DNA of 64,000 nt from Calcarisporiella thermophila CBS 279.70. Taxonomy: Eukaryota > Fungi > Calcarisporiellomycota. The notes beneath the pieces were generated by a model. It was not told where the DNA came from. It worked only from the letters and a program-made list of their open reading frames with translations, and ran no database searches. Shown piece by piece: positions 27,297 to 40,850 of this stretch. Where the stretch lies: the NCBI RefSeq assembly GCF_041956535.1, contig NW_027192231.1, forward strand, positions 21,488 through 85,487, written 5' to 3'. A program made the translations under genes and the position numbers. Each line of letters opens with the position of its first letter. Position 1 is the first letter of the stretch.

Positions 27297-28793
27297 ATGC
27301 ACTTGTCCTGTACTCGTTCAGGTCAGCAGCCGTTGCCCTTCTTTCCCTCTTATTCGAGTTTCTTTGATCGGCAGGCATCATCCACTGCTGCTTCTAAGCT
27401 TATGGATATCATCCGCCCTCATGCCCCCCAACCTACGCACCCTGTTCCTCAGCAGCAGCAGCAGCCTCAGCATGCTGGAACTCCTCGTCGTGCACATGTC
27501 TCTTCTGAGGATTTGGATATGGCAGTAGACTTGCCTCCGACGCCGCAATCGCAGAATACTGAACCAGCCTCGACTACGCAGCTTGCTGAATTTGCAGCAT
27601 TTATGATGCACGCGATGTGCTATTCTAAGAGGGCAACTACTACCAGGGTGTACTTACCGGGTGGAATTCCCGCATCGGTCCCTGCACGCGTAACTACGCT
27701 TATCGCTCCCAACCCCAGTCCAGCGTTTAAAAAATTCTGTGATCAGATTCTCTCTGCCACACAACTCTCTGAGTGGGGCGTATTGCTTGCACTTAAATAC
27801 ATCGCTCTACTCGCGCGTGACACTAATTTGGTCACGCAAGGCGTGGAGGGAAGCGAGTACCGGTTCTTCACGGTTGCCCTGATGCTTTCCAGTAAATTCC
27901 TAGACGACAACACTTTTACCAACAAGACGTGGTCCGAGGTGAGCGGCCTCAATCTGCTTGAGCTGAACCGAACTGAGCTCGAGTTCCTTGAAGCCATGCA
28001 ATATCGGCTCGTCGTCCCGGGTGCAGAGTACCATTGGTGGCACGAGGCGCTCGATTTGTTTTGTGGAAAGCTATCAATGGATGAGCGCCAGTTTGCGGAC
28101 CAGGCACTACGGGTATTCGGGATTCTGCCCGTCGAGGTAGCATCGACACTCTCGACCAAGTCAACGATGCAGCCCTTATCGGCTCATTCAGTAAAGTCCC
28201 AGCAATGTCATCCGTTCCCAAAGGAATGCTGGGCCGAGTCCATAAAGCATTCATTTGACGACCTCGCTACTCATCCTCAGCACCAGCATCAACAGCCCTC
28301 TGCTCCCGGTGCAACTCTTCAACCCGTCCAAATGCACATACACCAGCCCACACACTCTACGTGGGCAGCGCCTCGGAACTCCAAATGCATCCCCCCTGCT
28401 GCTTGCGGAGCAGGCGCCAATGGTGCTACTGGAGGATACTCCACGGCCACCTATTATGAACAACCGCCCCTGAAACATCCTCAGCCCAATTTTGATTCTC
28501 ACCCTCCCCACGCGTCTGTTCCTCGACTAGTTGCACCTTCGTCCGCCTCTTCGGTGCACTTACAATCACTTCTCGCTTCTCTACGTAGCGGCGACGCACC
28601 TCGAGTCCATTGCCCGTCCGATTCCACCACTACCATCACTCCTGCTAGGGATAGATATGTTCCTACTTATTCACGTCACTACGATGTGGTGCGTGACACG
28701 ATAGTGGCTGCGGGACCTCCACCTTTTAATGCTGTGCCTGCTCCAATTCCCGCGATTGGCGGCTGTAAGCAACTCTACGCCAACTACGCTTGA
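27297..28793 (+). CDS. Pho80/Clg1-like cyclin with low-complexity Pro/Gln/His-rich tails
   Basis: Cyclin box: QILSATQLS..VLLALKYI...GSEYRFFTVALMLSSKFLDDNTFTNKTWSEVSG..L.ELNRTELEFL; first ATG at 27297 (in-frame TAG at 27132). Confidence 0.9.
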   Translation: MHLSCTRSGQQPLPFFPSYSSFFDRQASSTAASKLMDIIRPHAPQPTHPVPQQQQQPQHAGTPRRAHVSSEDLDMAVDLPPTPQSQNTEPASTTQLAEFAAFMMHAMCYSKRATTTRVYLPGGIPASVPARVTTLIAPNPSPAFKKFCDQILSATQLSEWGVLLALKYIALLARDTNLVTQGVEGSEYRFFTVALMLSSKFLDDNTFTNKTWSEVSGLNLLELNRTELEFLEAMQYRLVVPGAEYHWWHEALDLFCGKLSMDERQFADQALRVFGILPVEVASTLSTKSTMQPLSAHSVKSQQCHPFPKECWAESIKHSFDDLATHPQHQHQQPSAPGATLQPVQMHIHQPTHSTWAAPRNSKCIPPAACGAGANGATGGYSTATYYEQPPLKHPQPNFDSHPPHASVPRLVAPSSASSVHLQSLLASLRSGDAPRVHCPSDSTTTITPARDRYVPTYSRHYDVVRDTIVAAGPPPFNAVPAPIPAIGGCKQLYANYA

Positions 28794-30977
28794 ATGTGCC
28801 TTTTTTATTCATAGCCTTGGTGACATATCTCATCTCATCTTCCGCTTTATTTTTTTATTTCCGTATCCACTTAGCAACAAAAAAGGAAAAAACTATAAAA
28901 AAAGATTTATTTCTTATATATATTATTTTCCTGATTCTCCCTTCCCTTATTTTTTTTTTTACCTCGTCCCTCTATCTCTACTCTTGAACCCATTTGAACT
29001 CCATTCCTTATTTTTTTTTTTGGAGGGGCTATCGACTTATTTCTCTTATTATTTCTTATTTTTTCCTCTTCAAATCTTCCCACCCCCTTTTTGCTTTCAG
29101 TACACCCCTTAGTGAAGCTCTAAAAATCTTCTCTATGTTAAGAATATGTTTTTTTTTCGTTTTCTTTTTCAAAGAAATGGAATAAAAAAATTAAGCTTGT
29201 TTTTTTTTCTGATGAACTCACCGAATCGTGAGTTGACAGACAGTTCAAATATAGATCGAAATGATTATTTTTAGGACATTTAACCTCAAGATTACGGCAA
29301 CTGTGTGATTCACCGGCAACCTCATGAAAGGGGTACAAATGGGGTTGTATCTGGGAAAAAGAGTAAAGAGTCAAAGGGTATTCGGATAGAAACATGAGCA
29401 ATGGATATTTTTCCCATTTCCACTTGAAACCCAATTATATTCATAACCAGATTCCACTTTTCTTTTCATGTCTTGTAATCCTAAGGCGCCTTTTGATATA
29501 CATTATCTACTCATTTCTGAATCTAGGCACGACTAAAAGAACCGCTTCAACAATATCTGTCAACCTAATGTGAGATATGTCCATCCTAAAGGAGCCACAA
29601 GAAAATAAGACTGCCGCCTGCTATTCGAATACATGTTTAAGAACCAGGATAAAATACTGGATACCGAAGCGATTCTTTCACCTCCTAACGAGAAAAGTAT
29701 ATGCGGAGGAATAAATGCAAAGGGAAAGAGAAATGGCGTGCATAATAAAAACAAGAGGACGAAAACCTCCTTCAAGCTTCGCCTTCAACTCGATACTATA
29801 TTTGATTATTCCCTCGCATATTGCTGATATATCATGGACTAAAAAGGGCGTGTGGGGGGCAAAGCCCAAACGCAATTTTACAGTGGGTAAGAGGAGATAG
29901 TGTCAGCGGGGAATGAGTGCTGTTCATCAAAGCTAATAAAAATGGAAAGGTTCACAGACAGCCATCGCCAGTCTGCTATGAAGTGTGATGTGAAAAATTA
30001 GTCACTAGTGCTGCTTACGCTACCTTGGTTAATTTTAAACTCTTCCATAGAGCCCCGTTACGTTTGTCGCATTAATTTAGTATGATGTTGGAAAACAAAC
30101 TTGAGCACCTGAGTTCTAGATTCTAAAACATATCTCCTACCTCCGAAAAAACATCGCTTCACTACTCCCTCTCATACCCCATGGTGAATAACAGTTTTTT
30201 AATTTCTGCGAGTCGACCGAGAACTCGGGCTCAAATCAGACCGATATTCTTCATCGGCAGATTCAAGCTTTCCTTAGCTTCTGTCCGTCCAGCTCTCATT
30301 CAGTGGCATATACGATTTTAACTCGACGAGGATGTCTATAAAAACACTTAAACTTCGCAATTTTTTTTTTTCCCTTGGTGCGTCATAAACCTAGTATCAA
30401 TCTTGAAATCTCTATCGGAAATTATCTTGCAAAGACGAGGCGTGGTTTGTGTGCACACCTCAGATGATCCAACTCAAGTTGCTAGCTGTTCGGGCTCGCC
30501 TCTCGCTTTTGTGAATTACTCTCCCCTCTCCTCCCCCCTATTTTCTCCGAATTCTATTTTCGGCTTTTCTATGAGACTCTTATCCTTTAGTCATGCACAG
30601 GTCAAACTTCAGCTTAATCGTCCCATCTCCGCCTACTTTGCTGAATTCCTGTGCTTTCGCTTACATTGGATGGGTCAAGCTTCCTTACTTTTTACTTCTG
30701 TTTTCTAGCTAAAAATAACAAATGGCCAAATGGGTATTTGCACTTACCATGTTGAGCAATCAACTCTAAATGTAAGAATAGAAAGCGATGGAGTTAGCGG
30801 CTAAAAAGAGTAGTTTAGGATGCGGCGAGGAGGAGAGAGAAAATGAAAGGCTGACTTCAAAAAGGATATAAATATAGAGTGTCCATCTCTCCTCTCTCAC
30901 CTTCACTTCATATCTTCGACATCTCTACTCAACCTCCGTTCTCTCTACTCTCTTGAAATTCTAAATCAAACAATAAA

Positions 30978-31364
30978 ATGAAATTCTCCGTTGCCGTTGT
31001 TACCCTCGCCCTTGCCGCCACCGTTTTGGCCTCGCCTCCGTTGCCCCGTCAAGTAAACGCTGCAGCACACTGTGATGGATTTGCTGAGATCGATGACCAA
31101 CGTCTCTCGACTTATGCTCGCCCGGATCATAAGCAGCTGCTTGAGAAATTCGAGAAGGTCAAGAACTTGGAGTGCAAGAATCTTGCCTCCGATAAGCCAA
31201 TCAAGAGTATCGACACGGCTAAATACACTCACTCTGTCTTCTACAAAGAAAAAGACTGCAAGGGCGCGACTGTGTATGACGGTCTTGGACCTGACAAAGA
31301 CGCTAACATTGTTGCCAAATCTTTCAGGCTCTATTGCGGCGAGAATCCATTTGCTTCTCAGTAA
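30978..31364 (+). CDS. Small secreted 4-Cys protein (paralog of 21587-22096)
   Basis: Signal peptide MKFSVAVVTLALAATVLA; TATAAATA at ~30867; shares HC..FAEI.DQ...TAKYTH.VFY..K.C.G...GLGPD.D.NIVAKSF.LYCGENP with the paralog. Confidence 0.88.
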   Translation: MKFSVAVVTLALAATVLASPPLPRQVNAAAHCDGFAEIDDQRLSTYARPDHKQLLEKFEKVKNLECKNLASDKPIKSIDTAKYTHSVFYKEKDCKGATVYDGLGPDKDANIVAKSFRLYCGENPFASQ

Positions 31365-34300
31365 TATCTCTTTTTCATCCTCCTCGCCTAAAAGAGGTCG
31401 TATCAGCCCTACACTATCTAACCATTCTAAGTACAACCCGTGGAGATAAAACCACGCCTATGCGGTATGAGTGAATTATTTTTGGTTACTTGTTCCGAAT
31501 CATGTAATGATGCTACGATAATAAAGTATTGCTACTCAATTACTCTTATTCTTGGATAACACAATGAAAATATCTAGATTATTTTGTATCATACATCCTC
31601 CTAAGCTCTCTCAGTTTTCAAAGAGAATCCTTAATGAGCATCCAAAGGATCTCTCTGCAATCTGCCTTGACACTTTTATTTTTCGATATACCTAAGCATT
31701 TTGAGTGGCAAATGGTATATAACAATATCAGATGATAAAGTCGATATAAATCTACATCAGGAAACCAATTTAGACAATAGTCTATCCTGGGCAATATGAG
31801 TGTGATTTCAAGTATTCTAAATACTTTTGAGATCTGAACGTCTGTTCTAACTGATGTTCTCTAAATCTCAGAGTTAAGCTTGAATTAGAAAGATGGGTAA
31901 CATAGCAATCGCTTCTGCAATTCACATCCCATCCGCCCCAAGCACTGACGAGCTTGCCATAACCCCATATTTGGTGACCTGCAGTATAATACATCTAGGA
32001 GTCTGAGATGAGTTTTTAGCTTCTTGCCTCATGGTGGATAAGAGAAGTAAAGGAATTAGACGAAGCAATTCTACTTAAGTCAAGGATTATCGAGTTTGCC
32101 AATAACACAATACAATGCGTACCAGAATCCAATAGCCTCGAAATTTACCTGATACTTTATAACAATTGGATAAAGCTCATTAGATGATGCTGGTGAGTAT
32201 TTTTACAAACTTTGGAAGTGTAGTGTGCAAACTTAAAATTAATAACAGCCTTCTTCATATTAAAGATGAGAAAACAGGTTGAGACATGAGAGGTCGCTTT
32301 GATTTGCATCTCAATGGGGAGTGTAATATTCTGAGTTTTCGGGCGAGTAGATAGAATTGAAATGGAAAGCAAGAGAAGATGAAATCGAAGACTCTGCAGA
32401 TGGAGCATTACGAGAGTCCAATTCCCACAGGTTTATTATAGGTAGAGACGTGTATTCTTTATGCTCATTGCTTAAGTCCCAGCCTCTGTTAAGGCAGCCC
32501 CCTCCCTCATTCCGGTAATCGATAAAAATATTTAGAACAGTGGGGGAGTTGAGTTCAAGACCCATTTTCCAATTCCAAATAGGTGTCACTGAGAGACCAC
32601 GTTTGTGAGAAACGGAACATAACAGAAGCCACTGCCGGAAAATAAGTATTTCCCTCCAAGTTAGAACTGGCCTTTTTCCGCAGAAATGGGCTGGTGCAGC
32701 ATCGGAGCGCGCATTGAGTTTAGTGCAGCGATGAAGCTTTTTCCTATTACTCCAACCTGTTCTCCATTCCTGTTTGCCTTGTTCTCGCAGGTCAATTGTC
32801 CGGAATGGCTAGGCGAAGACTATTTACTCTTCAAAAACGAGTTTGTCTGCTGAGCAAGCCTTGGCTGTCCATGCCGAACCGATGCCTAACTATGCGTGTA
32901 TATGACGGGGCGCATGCTTGCCTTCTAGAAATGGTCAGCGGATTAATGGAGAGGGGCGAGGAGTGGGCGGGTTAGGACGAGAAAATAATATCACAATTTG
33001 AAAATGCTGGCCCACTTACCAAAATGCATACTAATCCATCCTAGCTCTTCTCCGATCTACAATGCAAGCATAACGTGGCCAGGGGGAGTGGAAATACCTG
33101 AGCAATCGCCAAGGATTCCTCTCCTATTCTTCCACGCTTCTCTTTCCTCTCTCTTTGTTTTCAACCTGAAGCTCAAAATTGGGCAACGCCACATTATCTA
33201 ATTTATACAGGCAGATTATGTAAATGCCCCAGTTGAGCAATGGGGAGCAGCGGCTTATGGATTTCAGAATTTGACAACACTTTGTTGTATACTGCCTCTT
33301 GATCCTCTCGATTTGGAACAGAGGCGCCAAGCTTTTCATTATTTTCTCTAGCCCATTCCCAATTTCCCCTTGCTATTTCACGATCAAAAGGTCCAATCTA
33401 GGCGCATTTTTTTGATTTTCCTCCTGCTCCTCATCCAACCTCCTCTCCACCGTTAAAATATGGGGGGCCCTATTCCTGCACACCTTAGTAAGAAAGTTTA
33501 AGTACGGCACCCAAATGGAGAACAAAACGTGTTTGATTACCGCTTTAATTTTTATATTCTTGGAAATCGTTTTGAATTGATCAAAGTTTTGCGATCACGC
33601 CTAGACAGTTTGAGATGCAGGAGCATGACGTATTTATTTGGGAAAAAAAAAAAGCAGTGATGTGGTCTCAGGGGATGTCCTTCAGGGAGAAGAGTATCCC
33701 TAGGGGGACGCAGATTCCTTTTTTTTTTTAAACACCACAGATGGGCGCGCGTGGAACGCTCCGGGCTCGCATTAGGACAGGCGACGCGGGCCTCAATGCA
33801 GAGCGGGGTAACGAAGAGCTGACGGAAGCACGCGTCAGTGAGCGACGACGCGAGGGCGGGGTTGGGCGAAAACAAAGCTGCCAAACGGGAGAAGCAGTTG
33901 ACACAATCTCCCACCCGCAGCCCGTCCCATGTCCGCGGCAGCCAAGTAGAGGAACGGCGGGAAGTGGTGGCGATGTGAAACGAAGTGAAGATACTTTAGG
34001 GGATCTGCCGTGTTTGGAGAAAATAAACGTGGGGCTTCTTTTGAGTTTTGAGTTTCCAATCCTTTTGCGCATCGATAAGCTCCTCTATACGAGCCGTTTC
34101 TACGCTTTTCTATTTCCATGACTGTCTTTTCCGGTGTGGAGAGTGGAACGACAGGATGAATATCTTCTCTACCGGCCAAGGTTTGCCCAGCGTGCCAATG
34201 AGAAACAGGCCGCAAGATTAAATGCATACGCATACTGGCTTTTGGGCCTATAAGCCATTGCAATCCAAGTCAAGTGGAGGCTAATCTCCTCTTCAACCCG

Positions 34301-35210
34301 GCTCAATTCAACTCAACTCAACTCAGCCCAACCAAACCAAGCCAAACCGGAAAGGTTTTCGCGGCTTCTTCTCCCCTCTGCCCGAACCCGCGCGAGTCAT
34401 TTAATTGCGGCGGCCGAGAGCCTTCCGCGCCCTTGACAGGTTTTCCTCCACAGAGTCTATCTCCCATCCCCCTCAAGCAGCCCGGATTCCGCAACGCATC
34501 CCTCAACGCATCCCGCAACAAGAAAGATCCTAAAATTATACAAACCCGGCTTTTGAGCCGCAATTGGCCTGAGCAGTTTCTTCCCTCCTGTTTCTCCTTT
34601 ATTCCTTTATTTTTTCCTCTTTTTTCTTCCTTAAAATATCGCGAATGTTTGAGGCCACACCCGGGTAGTGAAAGCCGCGAAAGAGCAAAGATTTGCAAGG
34701 TTTCGACACAATAATTTCCTATTTTGGGGGCCTCCCTTCAGCTTATTACTCTTCGATTTTCTTCATTGTCTCTGAACTTCCTTCTTGCATCTCTTCCTTT
34801 TTTCCTCCCTAATTTAACATTGCTAGAAAAAGAAAATCAACCATTGGCAAAGCAAAAAGGAGAGTACGCCTTCACACTTGAATTCCTTTAGGACAGCCGC
34901 TAGCGTAAGCATTTCCTTAATAGTTTTCCCCTTATCGAGCGCGTCTGAAGTGTTCTCCCTCCCTCTTCCTTCCCTCCCTCCCCCCTTCCCCCTCTGTAGT
35001 ATGGAGTAATGAATCGATTAGTGTGTTGAATCTTCCTCTTCTATATATTTTCATTGTTTTCTCCTGAGAACATATCCATATCAACCCCCCTATTAACATC
35101 ACGACATACTGTTATACTCATATCCCCCTTTTTATATTTGGCAATTCCTTGAACCATTTCCCCCCTGATTTGCCTCCCTGTGCTTGAAGCCAAAATCACC
35201 CCCCTCCCCA

Positions 35211-36797
35211 ATGAATTTCACGGCAACATTTCCACAAACACTCCCAATGCTCCGCGAGCATTCCCTTCCAATCTATTTCCCCTCCACCGCTGCAACCCCC
35301 ACAACCACCTCTGTCCCCTCTGCATCCTCCACCACCAGCCATTTCGCCTCTTCTTCTCCAGCATCTACACCCACTCTTCCAAGCGGCCCCTTCGAATCCT
35401 CCTCCAACATCGAGTTCAAACCCACTTTCTATAATCCTTTTGAAATCAAGCATAGGCGACGGACTAGCAAATCACAATTCCGCATACTTGAGCGCGCCTT
35501 CCATGACAATCCAAAACCAAACAATGCCGTTAGACGCGAACTGGCCTCTAAGTTGCACATGACCCCGCGGAACGTGCAGATATGGTTCCAGAATCGCCGC
35601 GCAAAAGCAAAGAAGACCTCCGAACGGCCCGGTGATAATGGTGACGACGGCGGCGGCGGCGGCGGCGGCGGCGGTGACGGTTGCGACGACGGAGGAAAGA
35701 AGCCACTCGCACAACAGCAACAGGAATCCTCCAGCGGAAGCGAGTTGGACGGTGAGGGGACGGGTTCGTGTGATTTCCTGGCTCGTGAGGGCGGGGAGAA
35801 AGTGGCCAGTGCACGAAGGCTAGTGCGGTCGAGGACGCTGGACGAAATCTCGAACTTGCCGGCCATTACCATTACCCCGATGGGTCACACCAAATCACTG
35901 GGCCTAGAGGCCGAGCGGGAGCTTGGCGGTGGAGAGAACGGAAGGAGAAAAAGAGGTGGCGACCTGCTCAAACTGGACATTCCGCAGCCATCCTCCTTCT
36001 CGCAACGGTCGAGCCATCCGTCTCAAACACAAGCGCAACCGCAACCTCAATTGCCGTCGCATACACAGTCACAGCAGCAGTCACAGTCGCAACCTCTGCC
36101 ATCATTCGATCAACGTCCACCCAATGAGGTCCTGAATATGGCCATGCGCTCCATGGCTGCCGGATGCACATGGATGGACATGACAGCGCTTGAGGAGTAC
36201 GCCATATATCCAATGCCATCTTTCACCGAGCAGCTTTCACCTCTCTCCGCCACCTCCCCCACCTCTACCCCCACCTCGGCCACCGAGTTCTCAACGGCTA
36301 TGGACCCGCGTACTCTCGAGGTGCATGCCATGGCTCGTCGCAACTCGTGTCCAACCGAGTTCATCACGTCTTTTTTCAACATGGGCTTTAACTCCTCCAC
36401 CGCCCCCTCCCACCCAGCTTCCTCCGTGCCGCCCGTTGTGACGGAGTCCGCTGGCGAGGAGAAGTTGGCAACGATTGCAGAGGACTCGTGCTATCCCACG
36501 ATGCACGGAGGCCTCACCCAGTTTCTAGAGGAGCCCAGCCAGACGAAACGTCGCTTCTCTGAGCCTCAGTCCCGCCTCATCGCTGAAGGGGGAACCTATT
36601 TCCAGCCCACCTCTACCTCCCACCTCTACGAACCATCAGCCCAAGCCCCTGCGTCCGGACCAGTGGACGAGAACGAAACTCCTGTCTCGGCCCCCCTTCC
36701 CCATCTCCTCAACACCCCATTGGCATATGCATCCTTGCCCCCTCACATGGTTCGCAGTCACAAGGTGAACTCTCCGATTTGGCAACGCCAGCATTGA
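35211..36797 (+). CDS. Homeodomain transcription factor
   Basis: FYNPFEIKHRRRTSKSQFRILERAF...KP....RRELASKLHMTPRNVQIWFQNRRAKAKK; long low-complexity C-terminus. Confidence 0.93.
   Translation: MNFTATFPQTLPMLREHSLPIYFPSTAATPTTTSVPSASSTTSHFASSSPASTPTLPSGPFESSSNIEFKPTFYNPFEIKHRRRTSKSQFRILERAFHDNPKPNNAVRRELASKLHMTPRNVQIWFQNRRAKAKKTSERPGDNGDDGGGGGGGGGDGCDDGGKKPLAQQQQESSSGSELDGEGTGSCDFLAREGGEKVASARRLVRSRTLDEISNLPAITITPMGHTKSLGLEAERELGGGENGRRKRGGDLLKLDIPQPSSFSQRSSHPSQTQAQPQPQLPSHTQSQQQSQSQPLPSFDQRPPNEVLNMAMRSMAAGCTWMDMTALEEYAIYPMPSFTEQLSPLSATSPTSTPTSATEFSTAMDPRTLEVHAMARRNSCPTEFITSFFNMGFNSSTAPSHPASSVPPVVTESAGEEKLATIAEDSCYPTMHGGLTQFLEEPSQTKRRFSEPQSRLIAEGGTYFQPTSTSHLYEPSAQAPASGPVDENETPVSAPLPHLLNTPLAYASLPPHMVRSHKVNSPIWQRQH
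35649..35672 (+). repeat. (GGC)8 coding microsatellite encoding poly-Gly
   Basis: Direct reading; lies just after the homeodomain. Confidence 0.9.
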
Positions 36798-37460
36798 TCC
36801 CTCCCTTTCCCTCACTGGTAATCACATAACTTTATCCTATTTTATCGTATTAAATACTCTCTCTCTCTCGAAATGCGGAAACGAAAGAGGTTGAGTGTAC
36901 GCGGGAGGAAAAAATTTATTCTTTTGTTTCTTGTATCTTTCGTATCTTGTTTCTCGTATCTCTCCCTCCGTCTTTTTCTGTATTCTATTTCCTTTTTTAA
37001 TTATCTTAAGTAACTTTTTTATTTTAACAAAAGTTCTTCGATTAGGCTAAAAAATTTGATATGATTCCTCTAGTATTAAATTATTATAAAGGTGGAGCAG
37101 TGCTGAGATTCCTTGTATGAGTTCCTAAGTGAAATAAAAATTTATAGTCGACGAGGACTAACCTGAATTTCAATCTCGGTGGCGAAGGAGTGTTTAGGAT
37201 GCTGCGTCATTCAGTTGCGTGGTAAGCTCTAACTCAAGGAGAGGGGACAGGTGCCAGTGTGAGATACCTTTTCATTTGCTCCGTCTAGATTAGCACAAAT
37301 ATACTTTCTAGAAGTGGCGCAGACTTTCTATTGGATTTAAATGAGAGTGAAATGTTTTATTTTTATAACGAGTTAAACTAAGTTATTATATCCCCTCCCT
37401 TCCTGGTATAATCTAAACTAATTTAAACTTCTCTTCCTCCGCCCCCCGCCTCCTCTATCG

Positions 37461-39145
37461 ATGCTGAGAATGCTAACACCACGCCGTTTGGCGGCGTTCC
37501 GTGCCGATCCCAAGCATCGCCTCGCTATCCGTCTCTTTACATTCCTCATCTTCAGTGCATTTTCACTTCTCATAGTACTATACATTCTCTTTTCCTCCAC
37601 ACCATACACCCTATTCCACCGTAGAAAACCAAACGTCACACGGGGATCGAGGCGGATGCACGAAGGGCTCCGGTTCCTCGAAAGCGATGACTGGATCTTC
37701 AGCGGAAGCGAGCGCATTCCCACCTACCATCCTCTGCCACCTGAAAAATCTCTCCCGACCACCGCTGTTCCCGCCCATCCCCGGATCCGGGATGTTGATA
37801 TATGTGTTGTGGTGGTCACGGTATTCCGGAAGCACAAGCAGTATCTCGAATACGCTATCGGATCGGTGCTTGATACCCTAAGTGCCAGCGAGAGAGAAAA
37901 ATTCCATCTGGCTCTGTTCGTAGCCGACCCCGATCCGGGGCGGACGCTACGACATGCGGCAAGGCACAACATCACTAGACTGGTAGATACAGTATTTACA
38001 TACCCCTGTAACCATACAATGAGTGTCGATGGTGTCCCAGATGGCTACAAAATTGCCTGTGAAGAGGAAAAACTTCGACCGGCCTCCTCAATTCCCGACT
38101 CCCAGGAAGGAGCCAAGGTATTCCACAGAATGCGAACACTAGATATCCGCAACAACCACGATGCATGGGTCACTAAGGAGATTTTCGATTACGCTATGGT
38201 TACTCGGTACTGCCTCGAGGAAACTAACGCCCCTTGGTGCCTGGTCCTTGAAGACGACGTGGTGGCATCCGAGGGATGGGCCCCTGCACTGAGAAGCGCT
38301 TTGAAAGAGGTGGAGCGATATGAGCGCGGAGAACTGCGCGAACCCACTGGACTCTTGCAAGGGTGGCCGTATCCATCATCGGCCAAACCACAGAGGCCTA
38401 CCCGAAAAGCTAAGTCGGCGGGTGAGATTAAGAAGCAAGGAAATAAGTGGATTTATCTGCGCCTCTTCTACACGGAGCACCTAATGGGCTTTGGCTCCGA
38501 GGACCAGGACACCGTGGTTGTGCTCGGCTATGCCGCACTGGTGAGCATGTGTGTGGGCTTCCTATGCCAGCAGTGGCTGAAGGCTTCTCCGATGCGGGCT
38601 CGGATTTGGTGGGCTCGACCCTACAATCGTCTCGCCTTGCTGGCTTGCTGCGCGACTATCGTCGGGTTTATTGTGCTTATTCCTTACTCGTATGGAAAAC
38701 AGGTAAATACTCCAGCCGCACACTAATGATAATGGAATGGACTTCTTGAGGCGTATGGGTTTTTTATCTTTTGACGCGGGATCTTTATGTTCAAATGCAA
38801 GGCAGTTGGAATGGCATGCTAACCCCACTATACCCTCGATAGAATCTCTTTACCCAGAAGCCCGGCCTCACCACCCGGCTTTTTAACGTGTGCTGCACAC
38901 CATCTTTGCTCTATCCACGTAGCGTCCTCCCCGCCCTCTCCAACCACCTACTGCAGGTGGCAGCCAATGACACCAACAAAGAGCCACTTGATTTCCTAAT
39001 TGAAACCTACGCTGAGGAGCAGAATCTCGCGAGGCTGACCTGGGTCCCCAGTCTTTTCCAGCATGTTGGCTTTTTAAGCAGTAAAGTAAGCGACGACCTA
39101 AGAACCGCATTCTATAGCTTAAGCTTTGAACGCCAGGGGCGTTGA
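37461..39145 (+). CDS. PGAP4/TMEM246-like GT-A glycosyltransferase (intron 38703-38842)
   Basis: N-terminal TM; VTVFR...YL...GS; DY...C...WCLVLEDD; YLRLFYTE..GF; two inserted TM helices; CCTPSLLYP; PSLFQHVG. Confidence 0.8.
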
Positions 39146-40850
39146 GGGGCGCATCCTAGATCTCATTTATTGTACGAAGTTTTTTCAAGTGTATTCATGG
39201 CATTCTATTTTACCATCTCTTATAACAAATGCTATTGTTATTCATATTTATAACATTTTTATGTGATAATGATCCACGGCAAGCTCACAACAACGCATCT
39301 AGTTCTAGAGGGATAAACTTCATTGAAGACGAAGATTACGAAGGTGGGGATGGTTCAGAGCGACACAATATTTTCAGTTAATGAGTGGTGGAGCAACAAG
39401 GGGTGGGGGTGAAGGGAGTGGAGAACCGCGGTTGAACACACGCGGAACCCCTTGAACACAGTATTCTAGAATAAAAGATGATTAAATGACAAATTCAAGG
39501 CTCGATCCATCAGCATATTGAACATCATAATTTAACATGAAATTTCATGGCCTCTTTTGTTCTCTTCCTCGTGTTTCCACGCGACATTACCGAGGACCCA
39601 GCCGAGTTCATTGGATCGTATTTGAGGGTACCTTGCGATCGGTTCTCTCGCTTCCTATTGGATTCATCCTTTGATGGATTTCCTCTGCTGCCCTTCTGAT
39701 GTATTTTCTCATGAGAATACTCGTTAGAATGACCAACATTAACGGGATTCATGCGCACGGAATTATCGCTCTGCGGGCAGCATGGATTCACTAGCACCTT
39801 GCGAGTCCGCCCTAGCCGCTTAGTGATGCTGCTCTGGCCAGATTCCTGATTGATGCGATGTAGAGCTGGGGATTTTGTTTGCACAGGGGCCGGGTTGAGG
39901 CGGGCATGGATGGGAGTGGATGCGGTGTCGAGGCTTGAGGAAATGCGTCGCTTCCTTTGTTGCTGGGTGTCAGTCACTATGGAACGAATCTTGTGTTTGC
40001 GGTCGTAGTGAAGATGGATTTGCACCGTCATTTGCAGGCGAGCTTGTCAAGCAAAACTATGAGAAAGGGTTGTGGAATCGAGGTGAGCTAGCTGAAATAT
40101 AGACAAGGGAATCCTAGTACTTTCTTCCATCATTAGCGCCAAATGCAGTTTAATATACGATTTTATCTCCGACAAGGGATTTCATTAGTCTCCAATAGGG
40201 CCCTGTGTGTTGCGTGGCAAATTTTCGTTTGAATAGATGGGGAATGCAGAGGCAGATAGCAATGGCATTTAGGAAAATGGATCTAATCTACGCCGGATTC
40301 ACTCCTGAATTGTCTGGTGTTGAATGGAACCTGGAGGGCTCCTTTCCGACATCAAGGCCTTGTGTAATTACGAGGCTATTGAGAATCTTCTAGGCCACAA
40401 AATCTTGAGTTATTCATTGCAAATTGAAGGTCCAATTTGAAAAGAAATCTGATCAACTGCCTGCAAATGCGATGAAAACGACGCCAAAATTGGCTGTATT
40501 TAGTATATACGTGAATGGATTGAAGCTTTCCAAGTCTACGGTTACCAGAGCATTAGCTTCGGCATCCCTCTGGATTTTAGAGAAATATAGCTAGGATCAA
40601 GAAGGAGAGCTCAACTCAATCCTGTTTGGAAGACTATGGAGAGGAGGGTTCCTTAAGGCTTGGTTTGAAGCATATGCGAATATCAGAGTTACGCATTGAG
40701 TGCGATATCCAATTTTGTCGATTTGTATTAGGGCCAAGGACAATATCCCCGAAAATCTCCTACGTTTTCTACCCAGCTCCTTGGCCCGAAAGTACTCCAT
40801 CCCCATCTTTAGCTTTGTGTTTGTTTTGTTTCTTCTATACCTATCGACCC

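Noticed and set aside
33552-34714. Several 110-150 aa ORFs upstream of the homeobox gene
   Set aside because: Overlapping on both strands, no motifs, GC-rich promoter/5' UTR with simple repeats; probably chance ORFs.
39525-40102. 168-aa minus-strand ORF or possible pseudogene
   Set aside because: No recognisable domain in the frames I translated; cannot support a call.
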